Of a stretch of DNA of 32,000 bases, positions 9,421 through 15,111 are shown piece after piece (within the stretch, counting starts at the first letter, position 1; each line of letters opens with the position of its first letter). The DNA lies in the NCBI RefSeq assembly GCF_000284455.1, contig NC_017039.1, positions 2,910,001 to 2,942,000 on the forward strand. The letters are read 5' to 3'. The position numbers and the translations under genes were made by a program. Origin of the DNA: Synechocystis sp. PCC 6803 substr. PCC-P (GTDB taxonomy: Bacteria; Cyanobacteriota; Cyanobacteriia; Cyanobacteriales; Microcystaceae). The notes under the pieces were generated by a model. It saw only the letters and a program-made list of their open reading frames with translations, made no database searches and was not told the origin of the DNA.

Positions 9421-10285
9421 GAGCGTGTTTGAAAAGTAGGGTGAAGAATGGAAAATGGTGAAAAGAATAAAATTTTCACCATAATTAATGATAATCCGAG
9501 AATTTTACAGCACGGACATCACTGATAGCCAGTGGCAATTGGTAGAACCTCATTTACCCAAAGCAAAAACTGGGGGAAGAAAACGGAAAACTAGTCTGAG
9601 GGAGATACTCAATGCTATTTTTTACATGCTCAGAACGGGGTGTGCCTGGCGACTTCTGCCCCATGATTTTCCTAAATGGCGAACGGTCTATGGTTATTTC
9701 CAGCAATGGCACGAAGATGGTACCTGGAAAAAATTAAACCGTATCTTCCGTGAGAAAGTTCGGCTCAAAGCTGGAAGAAATACTCACCCTAGTGCCGGTT
9801 GTTTAGATTCACAGTCACTTAAAAAGGCTGGAACTGGCCAAGAAACTGGCTATGACGGCGGAAAAAAGGTCAATGGTCGTAAACGTACAATCCTCGTGGA
9901 TACCATGGGATTACTTCTCGATGTTGTCGGTGCCCATCGCTCTGACCATCAGGGTCTGATTCTACTTGGCACCTGGTTTGCTCCCCTGTGGCAGTGCCTG
10001 CAAGTTATATGGACTGACAGCACCTTTGGCGGAAAGGATTTTATTTTCTGGGTGGAGCATACTTTTGGTTGGACCTTGAATGTGGTCAGCAAAAAGCAGG
10101 GACAAAAAGGCTTTGAAGTCCTACCCCGCCGTTGGGTAGTCGAGCGCACTTTTGCTTGGTTTGGTCGTTATCGTCGTTTAAGCAAAGATTATGAATATTT
10201 ACCTACCACCAGTGAGACAATGCTCTATGTTGCCATGGTTCATCTCATGCTTCAAAGGCTTGCTTAAAACTTTTCAAACACTTTC
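9421..10285 (+). mobile_element. Intact small IS5-family (IS427/IS1031-like) insertion sequence, 865 bp
   Basis: The left end is GAGCGTGTTTGAAAAGT (9421-9437). The reverse complement of the right end is GAAAGTGTTTGAAAAGT (10269-10285), matching 15 of 17 with a perfect 13-bp core. It is flanked by direct TTA at 9418-9420 and 10286-10288. It carries a single transposase ORF. Confidence 0.85.
9488..10267 (+). CDS. IS5-family DDE transposase
   Basis: The N-terminal region has the pattern typical of IS427/IS1031-group transposases: TDSQWQLVEPHLPKAKTGGRKRKTSLREILNAIFYMLRTGCAWRLLPHDFPKWRTVYGYFQQWHEDGTW. The C-terminal DDE region includes VERTFAWFGRYRRLSKDYE. Confidence 0.9.
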   Translation: MIIREFYSTDITDSQWQLVEPHLPKAKTGGRKRKTSLREILNAIFYMLRTGCAWRLLPHDFPKWRTVYGYFQQWHEDGTWKKLNRIFREKVRLKAGRNTHPSAGCLDSQSLKKAGTGQETGYDGGKKVNGRKRTILVDTMGLLLDVVGAHRSDHQGLILLGTWFAPLWQCLQVIWTDSTFGGKDFIFWVEHTFGWTLNVVSKKQGQKGFEVLPRRWVVERTFAWFGRYRRLSKDYEYLPTTSETMLYVAMVHLMLQRLA

Positions 10286-10288
10286 TTA

Positions 10289-10597
10289 CAAAAAGTAGAT
10301 AAAATTGCATGGTTGATATTTAATGAATACCTAAAAGGATTTGCCGAAGTCGCTACTATTCCAGAAGAAGGAACTGGGTATATTGATAAGCTTTACATAT
10401 CAAAGAGACGATATTTACAACCAGCTAAAGTTAACATCAAAATCTTAGATTCTAATTGTAGTGTTTGGCTTCCTTTTGGAAAATCGCTTGAATTTAAAAA
10501 CTATGTAGATGCAAAAGAAGAAATTAAGAAACGTTTAAATAATGCTGGTTTTTCAAGTATAAAAATTTCCTTTAAGCAGGAATCAATTATTTCTTAA
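10289..10597 (+). pseudogene. 3' continuation of the decayed IS701-like transposase gene (truncated)
   Basis: This segment is in frame with 9229-9420 once the IS and one TTA copy are removed (...GNSPWSL|QKVDKIAWLIFNEYLK...). EEGTGYIDK and RRYLQPAKVNIKILDSNCSVWL weakly resemble the IS701 DDTG..KKG and RQY.G..GK..NCQ motifs. It ends after about 100 codons, far short of a full transposase. Confidence 0.45.
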
Positions 10598-10734
10598 AAA
10601 TTAGTAGAGGATTTTAGACAACCTCGGTTGATCGAACAGAAAAATATAAAAAATATCCTATTGGAGTGACAGAGAAAATCACTTTTTATCCAACACCTGT
10701 GTCGACTTATATTGATCATTGTTTCCATCCATAC

Positions 10735-11187
10735 TCAAGGCATGGCCCCAGCACCAATTAAGAGGGAAACCCGATCACCGCCCACTTCCTTCAAGCTAGA
10801 GAGAATTTCAATGGCACTTTGATAGGGAACGTCCCCTGACACCCGCAGGTAAACGTAGCGCTGGGGGGACTGTTGCAAATAGTTAGGTAACTGCTGTAGA
10901 AGTTGAGCTTTTTCCACAGGGCGATCATTTACCGAGAGTTTTCCCCCTGGGTGTAACACCACTGGGAGAAATTGCGGCTCTTCCGGGTTTTCTAATGGCG
11001 CTTCGGCGGATTGGACCTCCGTAGTTTCAGCTTCCTGGGGTAAACGAACCAGCAAAGATGCTCCCTCTTCCGCTAGGTTGGCGGCAACGGCGACAAAAAA
11101 GGCCAACACGACCAGCATCACATTGAGCATGGGGGTAATTTCTAGTTCCGGCAATTTGTCCCGGTCTTGTCGGTGTCTAAATTTCAT
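10735..11187 (-). CDS. exbD: ExbD/TolR-family protein, paralogue 2, with Asn at the conserved transmembrane Asp position
   Basis: LEITPMLNVMLVVLAFFV aligns with E. coli ExbD INVTPFIDVMLVLLIIFMV. A periplasmic domain follows (YVYLRVSGDVPYQSAIEILSSLKEVG). ATGA start/stop overlap with the upstream exbD. Confidence 0.85.
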   Translation of the reverse strand: MKFRHRQDRDKLPELEITPMLNVMLVVLAFFVAVAANLAEEGASLLVRLPQEAETTEVQSAEAPLENPEEPQFLPVVLHPGGKLSVNDRPVEKAQLLQQLPNYLQQSPQRYVYLRVSGDVPYQSAIEILSSLKEVGGDRVSLLIGAGAMP

Positions 11188-11627
11188 AGCTCTGGGTCTG
11201 ATTTATGAACCACCAAAAGGACCCGATCGCCGCCTACTTCCACCATTTGGACTAATAAATCATCCACTTGACGATAGTTTAACTGTCCGTCCACCGTTAA
11301 CCTCACCTCACCCTGGGGATGGGTCGCTAAAAAGGTGGCGATCGCCGTTAATAATTTATCCCTTTCGACGATATTGCCTCCCAGCAAAACGTCACCCTGA
11401 CGATTTAAACCCACATCTAAACTAGGTGCCTTGACCTTTGTTTGGGGGGATGAATCCTCTTCTTTGGCAAAACCGCCTGCGCTCTCCGGTGGCTCTAGAT
11501 CGGCGATCACCCTACCAGTCAAAGACATGGTTAAAATTACAAAAAAGGTTAATACCGACATCAAGACATCAATCATCGGTACTAAATTAATCCCTGGAGT
11601 CCTTGCCCCCCTGACTCGGCTTTTCAT
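11184..11627 (-). CDS. exbD: ExbD/TolR-family protein, paralogue 1 (canonical transmembrane Asp)
   Basis: INLVPMIDVLMSVLTFFVI carries the conserved Asp. Periplasmic domain: VRLTVDGQLNYRQVDDLLVQMVEVG. It starts 3 nt after the exbB stop. Confidence 0.9.
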   Translation of the reverse strand: MKSRVRGARTPGINLVPMIDVLMSVLTFFVILTMSLTGRVIADLEPPESAGGFAKEEDSSPQTKVKAPSLDVGLNRQGDVLLGGNIVERDKLLTAIATFLATHPQGEVRLTVDGQLNYRQVDDLLVQMVEVGGDRVLLVVHKSDPEL

Positions 11628-11630
11628 CGG

Positions 11631-12341
11631 TTATGGCTCAGCAATTCTAGCCGCCATTAATAAATTGGGCATTGGCTGATGAGGTTCGTACCAGACCTCA
11701 CGGTAAATAAGTTCTAATTCACTGCCCACTGCGGCAAAATAATCCATTTGTTGGGACTGTAAACTGACCAAAACCCTAAATACTAACAGGGCAAAAATCG
11801 CCACCATCATCCCCGCTGCCGTGGTAATCAACGCTTCTCCAATGCCCGAGGCGGCCTGGGTAGCCTCCGCACTGGAGCCTCCTCCCCCGATATTGAGATT
11901 GTTAAAAGTGCGAATTAAGCCCGTTACGGTGCCTAACAAGCCCAAGAGAGGAGCTAGGGCAATGATAGTTTCCAGGAGTTTATCCCCCCGTCGCATTCGG
12001 GCAAATTCTTTATCGGCGGTGGCTTCCATGGCCAAACGGAAAGTTTCTGGACTAGGATGGCGTAGTTTAAGGGGAGCCAGCAGAAAACGACCAATGGCTA
12101 AATGTCGAGCATGTTCAGCAATTTCCCGAGCCTTTACCAAATCCTCAACCGCCGCATCGAGCACATCCCGCACAACCTGGTCTTCTTGAATCAGTAGGCG
12201 ACTCCAAAACCAACCTCGTTCGAAGGCAGTGGTAAGGGCAAGGATGGACAGCAGTAACAAAGGAAACATCACTACCCCTCCCTTAAGAAACTCATCGAGT
12301 AGCCGCGGAGTTTGAGTCAAAAACAGGGGGGATGGGGCCAT
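11631..12341 (-). CDS. exbB: ExbB/TolQ/MotA-family proton-channel protein
   Basis: Motifs APLLGLLGTVTGLIRTF and GEALITTAAGMMVAIFALLVF. The preferred start is the ATG at 12341 (MAPSPLF...). The longer ORF starts at a GTG at 12395, inside the AT-rich putative operator region. Confidence 0.9.
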   Translation of the reverse strand: MAPSPLFLTQTPRLLDEFLKGGVVMFPLLLLSILALTTAFERGWFWSRLLIQEDQVVRDVLDAAVEDLVKAREIAEHARHLAIGRFLLAPLKLRHPSPETFRLAMEATADKEFARMRRGDKLLETIIALAPLLGLLGTVTGLIRTFNNLNIGGGGSSAEATQAASGIGEALITTAAGMMVAIFALLVFRVLVSLQSQQMDYFAAVGSELELIYREVWYEPHQPMPNLLMAARIAEP

Positions 12342-12365
12342 GGACAGAAAACAGGGAAATTTTCT

Positions 12366-12442
12366 AAATAATAATCTCTTGCAATTATCCAGCACAAGTG
12401 CTTCAATAATTTATGGATTATTGCACTTTATTTGCAATAAAG
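12366..12442. promoter_or_regulatory. Cluster of AT-rich inverted repeats / Fur-box-like elements in the exbB-futA2 divergent intergenic region
   Basis: CAATAAT-ttatgg-ATTATTG lies at 12404-12423 and CTTTATT-tgc-AATAAAG at 12426-12442. The motif T[GC]CAAT[AT]A recurs four times on both strands. ATAATC/GATTAT hexamers, as in the Fur consensus GATAATGATAATCATTATC, are present. The cluster lies 25-100 nt upstream of the exbB ATG. Confidence 0.4.
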
Positions 12443-12606
12443 TTGACTATCCGAGGTTGACCCACTCCAGATGCCCATTAAGCTATCTATCACTAGCCAA
12501 ACAAGCCCAGACATGGGGCCTAGTTCGGATTAAGGGGACTGGGTTGAGCCTGCACTATTGATTACTTTCATTTTAAATTGCCCACTATCCATTGCCCTAG
12601 ACTTCG

Positions 12607-13647
12607 ATGACAACTAAGATTTCCCGGCGGACTTTTTTTGTGGGCGGCACCGCCCTCACTGCCCTAGTGGTAGCTAATTTGCCCCGGCGGGCCTCTGCCC
12701 AGTCCCGCACGATCAACCTCTATTCTTCACGGCATTACAACACCGATGATGCCCTCTACGATGCTTTTGGCGAGGTTAACCTCATTGAGGCCAGTGCCGA
12801 AGAACTGATTGAGCGTATCCAAAGTGAAGGGGCTAATAGTCCAGGGGATATTTTATTCACCGTAGATGCCGGTATGTTATGGCGGGCGGAACAGGCGGGA
12901 CTTTTCCAACCGGTGCGCAGCGGCAAGCTGAATGAGCGCATTCCCGAAAATTTGCGCCACCCTGATGGGCTATGGTATGGCTTCACCCAGAGAGCCCGGG
13001 TGTTGTATTACAGTCGCGACCGGGTCAATCCAGCGGATCTCTCCACCTACGAAGCCCTGGCGGATCCCCAATGGCGAGGAAAAATTCTGGTGCGCCCTTC
13101 CAGTAATGTATATAACCTTTCCCTAACTGCTTCCCGCATTGCCATCCATGGAGAGCCAGAAACCCGCCGCTGGTTACAAGGCTTGGTGGGTAACTTTGCC
13201 CGGCAACCGGAGGGTAATGACACGGCACAAATTCGTGCTATTGCCGCCGGCATCGGAGATGTGGCGATCGCCAATAGCTACTACTATATCCGCCTGCAAA
13301 AGTCCACCGATCCCGCCGATCAAGAAGTGGTGGAAAAAGTCAGCCTTTTCTTTCCAAACACTGGCTCCGGAGAGCGGGGAACCCATGTCAATGTCAGTGG
13401 GGCTGGGGTGCTGAAAAATGCCCCCAATCGAGACGCGGCGATCGCCTTCCTGGAATATCTAGCCAGTGATGACGCCCAACGTTATTTTGCTGAGGGCAAC
13501 AATGAGTATCCGGTAATTCCAGGGGTACCCATTGATCCTGTGCTAGCCGCCCATGGCCAACTAAAAGGAGACCCCCTCAATGTTTCTAACTTGGGACGTT
13601 ACCAACCCGATTCAGCTCGTTTAATGAATGAAGTTGGCTGGCAGTAA
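12607..13647 (+). CDS. futA2: Periplasmic ferric-iron-binding protein of the Fut ABC transporter (FutA2/IdiA-like), Tat signal
   Basis: 346 aa. Twin-arginine signal SRRTFFVGGTALTALVV...ASA. Iron-binding SBP fold motifs: INLYSSRHYNTDDALYDAF and ANSYYY. I recognise it as Synechocystis FutA2 from memory. Confidence 0.9.
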   Translation: MTTKISRRTFFVGGTALTALVVANLPRRASAQSRTINLYSSRHYNTDDALYDAFGEVNLIEASAEELIERIQSEGANSPGDILFTVDAGMLWRAEQAGLFQPVRSGKLNERIPENLRHPDGLWYGFTQRARVLYYSRDRVNPADLSTYEALADPQWRGKILVRPSSNVYNLSLTASRIAIHGEPETRRWLQGLVGNFARQPEGNDTAQIRAIAAGIGDVAIANSYYYIRLQKSTDPADQEVVEKVSLFFPNTGSGERGTHVNVSGAGVLKNAPNRDAAIAFLEYLASDDAQRYFAEGNNEYPVIPGVPIDPVLAAHGQLKGDPLNVSNLGRYQPDSARLMNEVGWQ

Positions 13648-13685
13648 TGCAAAAAAAATTGGACAATTGCCGGAGTTTGGCCTCT

Positions 13686-13710
13686 GATTATTGCATATAA
13701 ATTGCATATA
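13686..13710. promoter_or_regulatory. Tandem 11-bp direct repeat (ATTGCATATAA/ATTGCATATAG) preceded by GATTATTGCA
   Basis: ATTGCATATA occurs at 13690-13699 and again at 13701-13710. The 10-mer GATTATTGCA (13686-13695) is identical to 12416-12425 in the exbB/futA2 operator region. Confidence 0.3.
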
Positions 13711-13819
13711 GGGGTTAGAACACGATATGGTTTTGGCAGGATCAAACGCCGTTCTCAAACTTTCAGAGGTACGGTGTTTTTGTTGCCAGTCTTCTGTTTC
13801 TTCCCTTTTTTTGGATTCC

Positions 13820-14614
13820 ATGTGGCCCCTCTCCTGGCATCAGTTAAAATTTCCCCTAGCATTTATCTGTGCTTCTACAATCCATGGAGGGTTACTCTGG
13901 TTACCCTTGCCCCCCCCAGCAGCGGAGTTGGAGCCTCTCCCCCCCCCATCAAAGGATTCTGCTTCCGAGGCGATCGCCACAGTGCCCCTCGCCGACCTAG
14001 TGACACCGGCCCCCATGGCAGAACCTCCGCCAAAGAAATCCCCCCAAGTTTTAGCGCCTCTCCCTGGGTCTCAATCTGTTCGTGAAGTAGTGCCTGATGT
14101 TATAGCGCCACCACCATCTCCTCCCCAAACCACTCCTCTACCGAAAGCCTCCCCTAAAGCAGTAAAGGCACCCCAGGGCGAACCGAATCAAAGGCAGGAC
14201 AACGAAAAAATTGAGCCTGAATCGGTTCCAGAATCCCGCTCTGACCAAGGGCAGGAGGTTGAGAATGAGATTAAAAGTATTGAACCCTCCTCCTTCCCTC
14301 AGCCTAAGAGGGAACTCATCGCTGGCATTGCCCACTTAGAAGGAGCTCAATCAGGATGCTACGGCTCAGAGGATTGTCATTTTCTGGCAGGGGCCACGGT
14401 GCGGGACGTCACCCAAGACCTCCAAGCCCGTTTGGAGGCACAAGGCTTCCGTCTGAGTGAGAGTTATCGAGATACGGGATTGCGGGTATATGAGGTTTAT
14501 CGGCAAGACAAACTACCCCAATTTCTCCACATCGTCAGTGATAATGCGGGACGGGATGCGTTTTATCTTCTCTCCCCCCAACAAAAAACCTTAGAGGAAC
14601 TTAGATCGCAATGA
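13820..14614 (+). CDS. Membrane-anchored Pro-rich protein with TonB-like N-terminus and an unrecognised C-terminal domain
   Basis: The ATG at 13820 gives MWPLSWHQLKFPLAFICASTIHGGLLWLPLPPP. This is a single transmembrane helix with an IHG motif, followed by ~130 aa rich in Pro/Lys/Glu and a ~100-aa C-terminal globular region. An alternative ATG at 13727 would add a T-rich, Cys-rich leader that looks non-coding. Confidence 0.65.
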   Translation: MWPLSWHQLKFPLAFICASTIHGGLLWLPLPPPAAELEPLPPPSKDSASEAIATVPLADLVTPAPMAEPPPKKSPQVLAPLPGSQSVREVVPDVIAPPPSPPQTTPLPKASPKAVKAPQGEPNQRQDNEKIEPESVPESRSDQGQEVENEIKSIEPSSFPQPKRELIAGIAHLEGAQSGCYGSEDCHFLAGATVRDVTQDLQARLEAQGFRLSESYRDTGLRVYEVYRQDKLPQFLHIVSDNAGRDAFYLLSPQQKTLEELRSQ

Positions 14615-15111
14615 ATAACAAAAAACTCAGCCTAACCCTGCCATTGGTAGGAATCCTAGCTCTGACGGCTTGTAATCAGCCCAAGGAAGAAATTGATCCC
14701 CTATCCCAGTTGCGGGAGAAAGGGGAATGTCTTGATTGCAATCTAGCGGGGGCAGACCTGCGGGAGTTTAATTTGGAAAATGCCCGCTTGAACCGTTCTG
14801 ATTTATCGGGGGCAAATTTATCGGGGGTGAATTTACGGCGGGCGTTGTTGGACCGGGCCAACTTGACAGGGGCAAATCTGAGTGAAACGGATTTAACCGA
14901 AGCGGCCTTAACTGAAGCCAATCTGGCCGGGGCGGATTTGAGCGGCGCTAATTTGGAACGGAGTTTTCTGCGGGATGTGGATTTAACTGGAGCTAATCTG
15001 AAAGGAGCCAACCTAGCCTGGGCCAATTTAACGGCGGCCAACTTAACCGATGTCGATTTGGAGGAGGCGGAATTTTGGGAAACAACCATGCCCGATGGTT
15101 CTCGTCGTTAA
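14611..15111 (+). CDS. Pentapeptide-repeat lipoprotein
   Basis: Signal peptide with lipobox LTAC. About 20 consecutive A(D/N)LxG-type pentapeptides follow (CNLAGADLREFNLENARLNRSDLSGANLSGVNL...). ATGA overlap with the upstream gene. Confidence 0.85.
   Translation: MNNKKLSLTLPLVGILALTACNQPKEEIDPLSQLREKGECLDCNLAGADLREFNLENARLNRSDLSGANLSGVNLRRALLDRANLTGANLSETDLTEAALTEANLAGADLSGANLERSFLRDVDLTGANLKGANLAWANLTAANLTDVDLEEAEFWETTMPDGSRR

Noticed and set aside
11078-12189. ORFs antisense to the exbD/exbB genes (11078-11425, 11431-11679 and 11821-12189).
   Set aside because: They are shadow ORFs opposite well-supported Exb genes. Their translations lack motifs and sensible starts.
12340-12561. 73-aa plus-strand ORF in the exbB-futA2 intergenic region.
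   Set aside because: It spans the AT-rich operator-like repeats, has no ribosome-binding site, and its composition looks non-coding.
13727-13819. Upstream ATG at 13727 extending the TonB-like protein by 31 residues (MVLAGSNAVLKLSEVRCFCCQSSVSSLFLDS).
   Set aside because: This segment is T-rich and Cys/Ser-rich, unlike neighbouring coding DNA. The ATG at 13820 gives a clean N-in signal-anchor. The longer form cannot be excluded without N-terminal or TSS data.
14676-15089. 137-aa ORF antisense to the pentapeptide-repeat gene.
   Set aside because: The periodic 15-nt repeat structure keeps the antisense frame open and yields a repetitive KLA/KSA-type translation. This is an artefact of the repeat.
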